The notes under the pieces: generated by a model
Seen by the model: only the letters and a program-made list of their open reading frames with translations
Database searches by the model: none
Told to the model about the DNA's origin: nothing
Made by a program: the position numbers and the translations under genes
In this document: piece by piece, positions 23,157 through 34,200 of the stretch
Layout of the letters: the number at the start of each line of letters is the position of its first letter
Position numbering within the stretch: position 1 is the first letter of the stretch
Assembly (NCBI GenBank): GCA_964016885.1
Contig: OZ024745.1
Location: 121,582,001-121,646,000, forward strand
Origin: Eledone cirrhosa
Taxonomy: Eukaryota
Length of the DNA: 64,000 bases
Direction: 5' to 3'

Positions 23157-23350
23157 ACAATTGTTTCTACTTTTGGTGCAAGGCCAGCAATTACCCCAGT
23201 GCATTACTGGTGCTTTATTTAATCGACCTCGTGAGGATGAAAGGTAAAGTTAACCTTGGCGGGATTTGAACTCAGGATGTAAAGGGCCATAACTCTATGC
23301 TGCAAAGCATGGTGTCTGACGCTCTACCGATACTGCCAATTAACAGCCCT
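23157..23350 (-). mobile_element. SINE family A inserted in Gypsy gag-pol (partial copy at ~23423-23478)
   Basis: Matches the family A consensus. Confidence 0.85.
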
Positions 23351-24052
23351 TAAAAGGATAATGATTACTTATGTTCAGCACCTAGCATTAGCTGGTTCTC
23401 CTTTCTGTGTAAACTCCATAGTAATATTTGTTTCTACTTTAGGCACAAGGCCAGCAATTACCCAGTTCATTACTGGTAATGATACTTACAAAGCCAAAGC
23501 ATTGATTGACAGTGATAGTACTGACAAAAGCTTTATCAGTCCCACCGAAGAACGTCATTGGTATTGCTTCTGCGTCTTTCTCTGCCAAATCCAACGTATA
23601 CTGCCTTGTATCACTAAAACTTGATAATCAAGTGCACCATAACGTGAAACTGTACGTGCTCAAACACTTAGGCACTGACATAATTCCTGGTACTGACTTC
23701 TAAGAACAGCTTGAAAGTACTATCATTCAATACGAAGGAGAGAAACCCCCATTAACATTTACTGTATTAACAGCTTTGAAAACTGATCCCCCAGAATTAT
23801 TGGCACAGCAAAGACTGTAAACCTATTGTAGCCAAATCTCGAAAATATTCCGAACGTGATAGAAAGTTCATCAAGTTAAAAGTAAGCCGCCTAACAGATG
23901 ATGACATGCACTGAGGTAATTGCTGGCCTTGTGCCAAATGTAAAAACAATTATTAAAGAGAGTTATTCCCCTTGGAGATCCCAAGCGTTCGTTGTACAAG
24001 AGAAAAAAAAGTGAAGGATGGTGGTAGACTATTCAGAGACAATTAATAAATA

Positions 24053-24409
24053 CAGTTGTACCCGAGTATTCGCGGAGGTTACATTCCTAGAGCACTCGCG
24101 AAGAGTGAGAAACCGCGAACATTGGACGTGGTCCATAGAAAGGCCTATAAACGTCAAAATATAATAAAAAAAAGAGCGTCTTATGCGAAGGGGCGTCCAA
24201 TAGGCCGGCAAATATGGTATATTGTTATTAATAATTTAGCGTTAAAAAATATATATTGCCACGAAAAAAAAAAATTTTTTTTAAATCGCGAAATCGCGAA
24301 AGATATTTACGATTCCGCGAATATGTGATGGTTTCCACGAACAATTATTAGTCAGGTTCTAAGGAATATTTCGCGAATAACCGGGACCGCGATTGCCCGG
24401 AGTACACCG
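24053..24409. mobile_element. Tigger/pogo-type MITE with TA TSD, inserted in Gypsy RT
   Basis: TA|CAGTTGTACCCGAGTATTCGCGG ... CCGCGATTGCCCGGAGTACACCG|TA; same family as 51845-52173 and ~62815-62930. Confidence 0.85.
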
Positions 24410-26342
24410 TATACATATGTTGACCCCTACCTACATCCAAAATCGATGATTTAGTAAATACTATTGTTAAATCTACAGTAAATTCGTTTATCCAAAGAAG
24501 ATCGTCAATTTACCGCCTTTGAAGCTGAGGGTAAATTATTGCAGTTACTAGATTGCCATTCGGAGTAACTTACGACAATGCATATTTGCAACGTAAGATG
24601 GATAACTTCGTAAGTAAATACGAACTACAAGATACGTTTACATTCATAAACAATGTAACCATCTGTGGAAAAGATTAAAAAATCACGATGAAAATTTTTA
24701 AAAAATGCAGCAAAAGTTGAGGGACTAACCATGAGTGAAAAGAAATTTCCTTGGATACCGTATCTCACACAATACTTTCAGTCCTGATCCAGAAAGACTC
24801 GCACCGCTCCTTAATCTTCCTGCACCAGTCAACCAGAAATCATTAAAACATATAATCGGTATGTTTTCTTATTACGCTAAGTGGATCTGTAAGTTTTCTG
24901 AAAAAATCCGACCTCAATAACGTATGGAAATTACCTCTCAACAGTCAACAAGTAAATATATTTGAGTCGTTGAAGTCGGAATTAGCTAATGTTGCCATGT
25001 AACAGATAAATGAGAACCTTCTATTTACTGTTGAGACTGATGGCTCCGACTTTATATCGCTATATCTGCAATCCTAAACCAAGATGGAAGACCAGTAACT
25101 TTCCATTCTCACACGCTACAAGGACGTGAACAGTACCATTCTCCTGCTGAAAAAGAAGCCCAAGCAATTGTGGAACCGATTCACCATTGGAGACATTTCC
25201 TTCTTGGTAGACATTTCACATTAATTATTGACCAACGTTCTGTTGCATTTATGTATGACTGTAAATCTACAAGCAAAATTTAAAATGATACAATTATGAG
25301 ATGACGCATTACAATCCTCCATACTCGTATGATATTCACTATCGTCCTGGATCCAGTAACACCGCTCCAGATGTACCAGGGTACGCTGTTCAGATATCAG
25401 TTCACAATCACTGTATGAGTTACACGTCCCGCTATGTCACCCAAGTGTAACACGTCTCCACCATTTCGCATGCACAAGAAATCTTCCATATTCAGTGGAA
25501 AACGTGAAACAAGTTTGTAGAAACTGCTCTATATATCAATAGGTGAAGCCACAATATTATATACCTTACCCAGTTGATTTAATCAAAGCCATGCAGAGAT
25601 TCGAGCGAATTTAGATTGATTTTAAAGGTTCGATTCCTTGGTTATGCAGTATTTAATACATCAGCTCAGGCAGTCATAAAATGTTTTAGAAACTTATTTT
25701 CGATTTTCTGTATGCCCAGTTACGTACATTCCGAACTGCCTTTATGTCTGCAGAATCGAGAGAATGGCTCCTCAGCAAGGGCATTGCAACAAGTAGGACA
25801 ACACTGTATAATCCCACTGGAAACATTCAAGTAGAATGATATAACGGTATTATATGGAAATCAGTAATACTCTCCATGAAAACTCGTCACCTTCAGTATT
25901 TTCATGGGAAACGGTTCTACCAGATGTGCTACATTCAATCGGATCTCTCGTTTGTATGTCTATCAACGCTAGTCCTCATGAACGTCTCTTCAACTATCGA
26001 AGACGTTCAGCTACTGAAATATCTATGCCATCGTGGCTTCTCAACCCAGGACCTGTTCTTATGCAAAGGAACATCCGCACTAGCAAATATGACCCTCTCG
26101 TTGACCAAGTAGATTTAATCGAAGCTAACCCGAGACGTTATCCAGACGGCCGTGAAACAACGGTGTCTACCAAACAATTAGCGTCACCAAGGAAAATCAA
26201 TTCCACCAACAAATTAACTCAGACACCCGTGGTCCCCCAAGAGCCAGGCAGAAATCTAACTGAAAGGCATTCACCTGATAGAGATGTTTAACAAAGGGTG
26301 TTAGTAAAGAAATCGTTAAATGGATTTAACAATTTTGTTAGA

Positions 26343-26921
26343 TGTAATAACAAGAATGGCCGATTTACTTTATATATAAAGGTTTACTTCACTTGAGTCA
26401 AAAAGAACAATAAACATATTACCACGAGTTGCAAAGGTTGACAATGTTATTTTTGTTGTTGGTTCATGAGGCTGGTTTAGTTTGCGACCAGGAGAGAAAG
26501 AAAGTAATGGTCTGTAGTTGGCTGTAGATCACGTGGCCTGTAGATAGCGGTGAATCTTTCACATAGCTTGTAATAGCGTACTGCTTCGATCGCTCTGTAT
26601 GTCTGTAGACCTCTGGGGCCTGAAGGTAGCGGTGAATCTTTCACATAGCTAGTCTCTATCGTTGTGATCCGATCGTTCTGTATGTCTGTAGACCTCTGGT
26701 GCCTGAAGGTAGCGATGAATCTTTCACATAGCTGGTCTGTATCGTGGTGCTCCGATCTCTCTGTATAAACGTGGGATCATACAAGCTTTATATACCTGTC
26801 GCTTTCTGTCTCCCACCTTGAAGGGATAGCCCACGCATGAACCTGTTCACACCAAAAGGGTGGTGACCTAGAGTTTGAAAGGTGTCACCCAAGGTTCAAG
26901 GCGTGGACAGATCTCGCTACA
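26343..26921 (-). mobile_element. Probable solo LTR with three ~83-bp internal tandem units, nested in the Gypsy 3' region
   Basis: TGTA..TACA termini; minus strand starts TGTAGCG; TATATAAA at ~26790; repeat units at 26545, 26627 and 26710; no clear TSD. Confidence 0.6.
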
Positions 26922-27599
26922 GATGACCATCTAGAACAATAAGACCAATCTCCTCAACTGTGTGAATCCCAGAGAACCAGAAAGGCTGGATTTATGCGAC
27001 ATTTTTCAAGTGAGGATGAATTTAATGGAAAATGTATAAATGCAGTGACTTCCCTCGACATGTAAGAGAGCATGCGCTTTGTCAGTCATGATGGATGCCA
27101 TCTTGGCTTGATGTTTTTATCACTGATTTCAGATTTGTTTTAGACTAAGATTGGAAAATAGTTTCCTTGGTCATTCATATCAGGTTAAATATAAGTTATT
27201 GTCATAGTTGGCAGCGTGTCTTACCCAGGTGTCAGGTGAGGCACATGAGGTTAATAGGTTATTCCAGCGCCTTAGCCTCTCCATCACCCACAGCAATGCT
27301 GCGAGCGTTGTTGACTTGCCTCGAAAGGTATTAGAGGGAGGTTCCGGCACCCCTTGTGGTGTGTGACCGATTAACACACTTGGTGTTGACTTAATATTTT
27401 CTTTCCAGACTAACTTGTTCCGCTTTTGAACTGAAATATAAGTATTTTATAAATATTTATATTAATGGAACAAAAGTTATACAATGATAAAAATATTAAA
27501 AAAGGGATGAAAACAAAATTAAGAAATGAAATTAAAAATGAAACTTTCCTATACAGATCTGTCTGTATAGGAAAGTAAAAGAAAGAACTATAAATGCCA

Positions 27600-28085
27600 T
27601 AGATGAGAAGGCAAGGAGGGAAAGCGCAAGAACTATTAGGGAACGGAAGAAAGAAAGGGAGACGTGGAGAAGGTGACAGACTCTACACCTAGATCAGAGC
27701 GATGTTTTGGCTGTTTCCTGTGGACAAAATTGCAAAGGCATTTCCGCGAACAATCGCCAGCGACACATGCTGCAACAGTCACCACACCTCGCGGGGCTCT
27801 CTCTTCAATCGGGCTGCTGTTCCGACTTTGCAGAGGAGCTCGGCTGTACGGGGTCCGAGAATGCCTGAGGTCTCGACAGCGGCCGGACAAGCTCTGGTAT
27901 TTGCTTGTCTTCCTGTCCTCTGCAGTTGCACTCCGCGGTGTCGGGTTTTGTAGCCGAAGCGACTAAGCTGGAGGCGGAAAACATGTCACGTCTCAGATTT
28001 GCCTCCTTCGAAAGGGTAGAGGGTAATTCCGTCGGGGCGCTTGCCGTCCCCGCGGTCGAGGCCTGCTGGCTCCAGCTGTGAAGGG
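27600..28085 (-). mobile_element. 3' fragment of a CRE-type non-LTR retrotransposon (restriction-like endonuclease)
   Basis: [25 protein letters not shown] motif, then frameshifted ETSG.LG region; homologous to 46935-47515. Confidence 0.75.
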
Positions 28086-28198
28086 AAGCCGACTACATTC
28101 AGAGCAGTATATCGGGGGGGGGGGGGGGGGCTGCGCTCTGGCGGCATGATAGTATTTCATAGTTAACTCCCTTGGTCATATTGTCATTCATAAACACG

Positions 28199-28240
28199 AT
28201 GGCGTTAACGAAGCAAGTACTTCAAAGATGTTTAAGCATG
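28199..28240 (+). CDS. MCEE: MCEE exon 1 (mitochondrial presequence)
   Basis: ACGATGG start context; ATG|gtatgt donor, phase 0. Confidence 0.7.
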
Positions 28241-31200
28241 GTATGTATATATTCCCATTTCAGATATGTTCCTCATATATTTGGATTATCACGAACGTAT
28301 TTATTATTGTTGAAGTTTTATTTTATTAGTCTGTGTTCACTGACACTTTATTTTCTCTCTTCCCTGAGCATATATTTGTGATTATGCTGTATCAATTACA
28401 ACACCAGAAGTTGTATTTATAAAGAATGTGAAAATCGTTCGTTTAAAAATAATAAGTGACATTTTGTACTTAAATAGAAGATCCCTTTGAAAATCCAATG
28501 TTAAATATAGATTATAAGCAAGACTTCTGTACTTGCTATTTAGTTTTCTGCTTATCGATGGTGTAGTACTAATATAGCATGTTGTTCCCCGAATTAGGTA
28601 TCTTTTACGATAAATTATTTAATTTATTTTAATAACAACGCACTCAACGTGAATATTTCGATTTATTTGATGGAGAAATGTCATATTTTTCACTTGCACC
28701 CCTCCCTTTTTTGTACAAACGGAGAACACTGAATTAAATTTTAATTATTATACTTTTACTGAAGAGTTGTATAAATAACATTGCAAATAATTAAAAAAGA
28801 GAAAGAAAAGGGAAAGGAGAAAAAGAAAGAAAAAAAAAACACACACACACACACAAGCAGGTAATACATACATCTAGGACCACAGGTCCCTGCATATCAA
28901 AAGTACAAGGACGTTTATTTCGACCTCAAAAGGAGGAAAGACAAAATCGATTTCGACAAGATTTTTACCCAGTTCTTGAAGGAAATTAAATGCTATAAAT
29001 TAAATGCTATAATGCATTTCATCCATAACTCAAACTGCGTTAAGTTCGTCATTCGAAAGAGAAAGAAAATTATTATGTGACAGGGGGGTAGATTAATTTG
29101 TTTTTAACACTGTGTTTCTGTACCTTCTAAGCGAAGTCCACTCTGTTGCAAACATTTGAACTATTGTGTAGTTTTACAGGCATACATTAGTCTCGAGTTC
29201 AGACTTGCTGCTAGAAACAACAGACACTCGAACCTGTGTGTAAAACCCCGGACAGTTTCCTGATTTGCTGGTAGCCCTACCGAACAGCAGCTGGGCTTCT
29301 TACAGAGATATACACGTGGTCAGCAGCAACCCATTTTCTGTGCTTGGTTTATTTTTTCCCTTCCAGATTCTCAAAACTCACGTAAAGGTCATGTTCACCG
29401 CTTTTCGTCTTTTACAAAGACATAAAAATAAACATAAACGAATAGGCTATGTAGCGGGTAAACACTAAAGGGACGCAACACACATCGCTATAGCGTTTCA
29501 CCAGCTCCTTCCTTCTATTGTCTGTATCTGTATGTATTTACGTGTAGATGTGAGTCTGTATGTAACTAAAGTGTAACGTACGTAACGAATGGACGACTAA
29601 ATGATTTTAACTTGTTTTTTTAACAATGTTTATCTAAAAACCAAGAATCTTGCTGGTTTATTCACTGTTGGATAAAAAAGAAATATAATAATTGTTTCTA
29701 CTTTTGGCACAAGGCCAGCAATTATCCCAGTGTATTACTGGTACTTTATTTCGACCCTGTAAGGATGAAAGGCAAAGTTAACCTCGGCGGGATTTGAACT
29801 CAGATCATAAAGGGAGGTAACTCTATGCTTCAATGCATGGCGTCCGAAAAAGAAATATAATAATACAATGTTTACAGAACGAAAGCACAAACAAATATAA
29901 TAGAAAGGAAAGGGAAAGGAAAAACAAGAAAAGTAAGAGAAAATAAAAATAAAAAAAACAGAAGCAGTTAGCACACACATCTAGGACCACATACAACAAA
30001 AAGGCAGGCGAAAGGGGTGGACAACCGAGCCGGTACCAGAGTAAAAGATAACAGTATCGCGAGGAGCACTGGGAAACCTCTCTAATAATCTTTGATCAAG
30101 CCAGCACACTCGCGGCGTTACCTCAGGTGATGGCCAGGCTGATGCCCAGAAACAACCAAGCATCCCCACAAACTTTACCAGTTATCTCAATTAAGCGAGC
30201 CGTCAGTGAAGATAGGAATCTTGCAGTCAGTAGCCCAACTCTCCCAGACGTTTCGAACACTACAGGCTGGAAAGTGTAGTTGGCTGAGAGATGACAGTGT
30301 TTTGGGATTTTGTTCTGTTCGGCTGCGGAAGCTGTGGCTCTCGCCCTAACCGCAGCATCCAGGATGGGGGAAGAAGCAAACGAGTCAGTAACTGTGAAAT
30401 CCCAGATAAGGCACCTGCCTCTCGACCAAGGGCATAGGGTAAGGCCGTTAGGTCTTTTCCCATCAATTTTGGACAACCCAGACAGTCCCAAAATTGAAGG
30501 GATATTTGCCTGGGCCAAAGTTCTCTTCAAAATGAGGTTTAGCTCTGTGTGACACGCAAAGCGACCGGCATTCAGGCGGCAAGAAAGACTGTGAAGTGGA
30601 GGAGTTTGCCACATAGATGGTGGAAAAGATTTTAAATTGTCTTAACTCAGGCCGCAACTCATGGTGTCTGACGCTCTTACTGGCTACATAGCCTCTTCCC
30701 AAAATAAACATGTTAGTGCATATGAATTTAAGAAATAGCGAATTGCCAGAGTCAGGTAGAATGCTTTGCAGCATGCATACCTGTTCTCTGCACCACCAAG
30801 GTCATGCTTGCGAAGTTGATAAAAAAAGTACCTATCCAGTATTGGGGTCGATTTTTTTCTCTATATCTCTTTCTAACTTCCTCTCTATCACTGACTTCTG
30901 AAAGAGACAGGTTATGTTTAGATTTGGAGACAAGATGGGTTCCTCCAGGTTAAAAAAAAAAGTACCCAAGAAACACTGTAAATAACTCGTGCCCCTACAA
31001 CTCCACCAGAAGGTACTGCACAAAAAGTAAATTCACTTGATTTAAGCACAAGGCCAGCAATTTTTAGGGAGGAGAAAGTTGATTAAATCAACCCCATTGA
31101 GTGACTGGTACTTTATTTTATCGACCCCATCAGGATGAAAGGCAAAGCTAACCTCGGCAGGATTTGAACTCAAGATATAAAGGGACATAACTCTGTGCTG

Positions 31201-34200
31201 GGAAGCAGAGTATCCGACGCTCTACCGATTCTGCCACTTCACCACCCTATATGATTATATTCATAAAAAAACAATTCAGTGAATGCATTTCAATTTTATT
31301 TTTGTGAGGATTTCACCATTAAAATCAAAATGAAACATTTTTAATGGCAAAGACAAAGTTTGTGAACATTTTAATTTATTTATATTTTTTTTATTCTGTA
31401 TATTTTCCAGAACTTTAATGTGCCATACAGATATTTTCAGAAAAGCTCAATACAAATGAAGGTATTGTAACGTTTAGCTTTAAATTCGTAATTCAACCAT
31501 TTTTATTTATTTATTTATTTATTTTTGTATATTCAAACATTGAAGAATTAATTCTTGCAGGATTGGAAAATTGGCAAACTGAACCATATTGCAATTGCAG
31601 TGACAGATTTAAAGAAAGCAGCAGCTCTTTATAAAGATGTTTTAGGAGCTAAAGTTAGTGGTAAAATGGTGAGTAGTTACATCCTTCTTCCTCGTGTTTT
31701 CTTCACCCACTTATTCCTGAGAGGGTTGTGAGTGAAGAGTCCTCAAATACTCCCTCCAATGGGTCCTGTTAGAAGCAAACATCTCCAACTGATCCAGCTG
31801 GATCTCCAAGCATGACCAACCAAGCTCGGGGTCTACCCCTAGGTCTCCTACCTGTTGGTTTCGCCCGTAAAATCTGTCCAGGAATCCTTTCCTGAGACAT
31901 TCTAACCAGATAATATTATTACACTACTTAGACAAAATAAAATAAATATTTGATAGTTTAACCCTTTAGCATTTAAACTGGTCATATCCGGCCAGAATTC
32001 TCTCACCTTTTTCTGTTCAAACCAGCCGTAACTGGCCACTCATATTGATGTTAAGGTATTGTTCTCAAAATAAATAATATCAAAATCTCATAGATTCGAT
32101 ATTATGTGGGATAATTATGTGAGATAAAGTGTTTACCAAGAAAATACAATAGTATAAATAGAGTAATGTAAATGCTAAAGAGTTAAAGAACTTTTGTATT
32201 TTTCTGCTTAGACTGAAGGAAAACATGTCTTAATAATAGAGGAGTTGGACAGTTTTGGATTTGATCTTTTACTCAATCATTTCTAAACATGTACTACTTT
32301 ACCTAATTCTTTGTTAAAGAATTAGGATGTTAGAAATTAATGAAGTAATTGGCTTTTATGAATTTAAAATGTATCCATTATCCTTGGCATTTGGAAAGGC
32401 ATCCAAATGTACAAACCATGCTAAAAAAATGGTAGTGGGAATTTTTCTCAACCTTGGGACAATGTAGTCTGTAGTAATAGTGTCTAACTATGTAGTCTGT
32501 AGTAATAGTGTCTAACTATGTAGTCTGTAGTAATAGTGTCTAACTATGTAGTCTGTAGTAATAGTGTCTAACTATGTAGTCTGTAGTAATAGTGTCTATG
32601 TAGTCTGTAGTAATAGTGTCTAACTATGTAGTCTGTAGTAATAGTGTCTAACTATGTAGTCTGTAGTAATAATGTCTAACTATGTAGTCTGTAGTAATAG
32701 TGTCTAACTATGTAGTCTGTAGTAATAGTGTCTAACTATGTAGTCTGTAGTAAGTGTCTAACTATGTAGTCTGTAGTAATAGTGTCTAACTATGTAGTCT
32801 GTAGTAATAGTGTCTAACTATGTAGTCTGTAGTAATAGTGTCTAACTATGTAGTCTGTAGTAATAATGTCTAACTATGTAGTCTGTAGTAATAGTGTCTA
32901 ACTATGTAGTCTGTAGTAATAATGTCTAACTATGTAGTCTGTAGTAATAGTGTCTAACTATGTAGTCTGTAGTAATAATGTCTAACTATGTAGTCTGTAG
33001 TAATAGTGTCTAACTATGTAGTCTGTAGTAATAATGTCTAACTATGTAGTCTGTAGTAATAATGTCTAACCATGTAGTCTGTAGTAATAATGTCTAACTA
33101 TGTAGTCTGTAGTAATAATGTCTAACTATGTAGTCTGTAGTAATAATGTCTAACTATGTAGTCTGTAGTAATAGTGTCTAACTATGCAGTCAGTAGTTGA
33201 ATGCTTTAATTTCACAACCATTGTATCTCACTAATAACAGTTTAAATTAAATCTATTTTTCAGGACTTGCCTGAACATGGAGTATCGACTGTATTTGTAG
33301 AACTTGGTGAAACTAAAATTGAGGTATATGAAATATTTTCATTCTTTATTTTATTTTATATCATGTATTTTTATGAATAATAGTGTTGTTGGTTATAGGT
33401 TTTCAATAGATCAATCACTGATTAACTGCATTTATGATTGTAAAAGTAACAAGATACTATCTGTGGAACTCAGATGGAACATCACAAAATCTATATATAA
33501 ATTTCTGCGATTCTGTGACAACACGTAAAGAGAGGAGCAGTTTGACTACCTCATACTACTATTCTCTCTTTGCATCCCGCTAGCATGGGTTAGATGGATT
33601 TGTCCCAATTAGAGGCAAGTTGGGCCAGGTGACCGTGTCTTGCTTATATAGGAGAGTTTCTGGCTGGTTTTCTATGGCTGGATGCCCTTCCTAACACCCA
33701 ACCAATTTACAGTGTGTGCTGGGTACTTTTTGTCATGACACCTACATGATTGACACGTGTGTGTGTATAAGGAAGGAAGGGGATGGTGAAAAAACTACGC
33801 TGTGTGTGTGAGTCTTTATATGAATCTATGTGTGTGTTTGTGTGAATATATGTCTGTGAGTGTGTATTTTTGTAAGTGTGTCTGTGTTTGCGCATTTAAT
33901 TTTTATATACTCATACATATAAATGTATGAGTATGCACATACACGCACACACATATACGTGTCAGTGTCTGGAAAAAATTCTAGTATTTTAAAAATAATG
34001 ACAGTTTGTACTTAAATAGAGGTTCCCTTTGAAAATCCAATGTTAAAAATAGATTATAAACAAAACTTCTTTACTTGGTATTTACTTAGCCTATGATTAT
34101 CAATGGTGTAGTACTAATATAGCATGCTGTAGTCAAACACAAACACACATGATGGGCTTCTGCACAGTTTCTGCCTACCAAATTTCACTCATAAGACATT

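Larger units (their letters stand above)
17537..27182 (+). mobile_element. Decayed Ty3/Gypsy LTR retrotransposon (gag-PR-RT-RH-IN) with nested insertions
   Basis: LTR homology between 17537-17651 and 27087-27182 (both end CATATCA); gag MERYLKPDRL..HWLRTF at 17678, resuming SNKIRQRLL at ~22794; CCHC knuckle at ~23080; protease ALIDSDSTDKSFI at ~23498; RT RMVVDYSETINK; RNase H TVETDGSD at ~25027; integrase HHCC and GPVL..KYDPLVDQVDL at 25430-26180; many stops and frameshifts. Confidence 0.9.

Noticed and set aside
14188-29628. A single 15-kb transposon bounded by the inverted 155-bp repeats
   Set aside because: The putative termini face outward rather than enclosing the interval, and the span would include MCEE exon 1; more likely two independent fragments.
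32462-33190. CRISPR-like array of 28-bp repeats
   Set aside because: Units are contiguous with no unique spacers, there are no cas genes, and it lies in a eukaryotic intron; it is a minisatellite.
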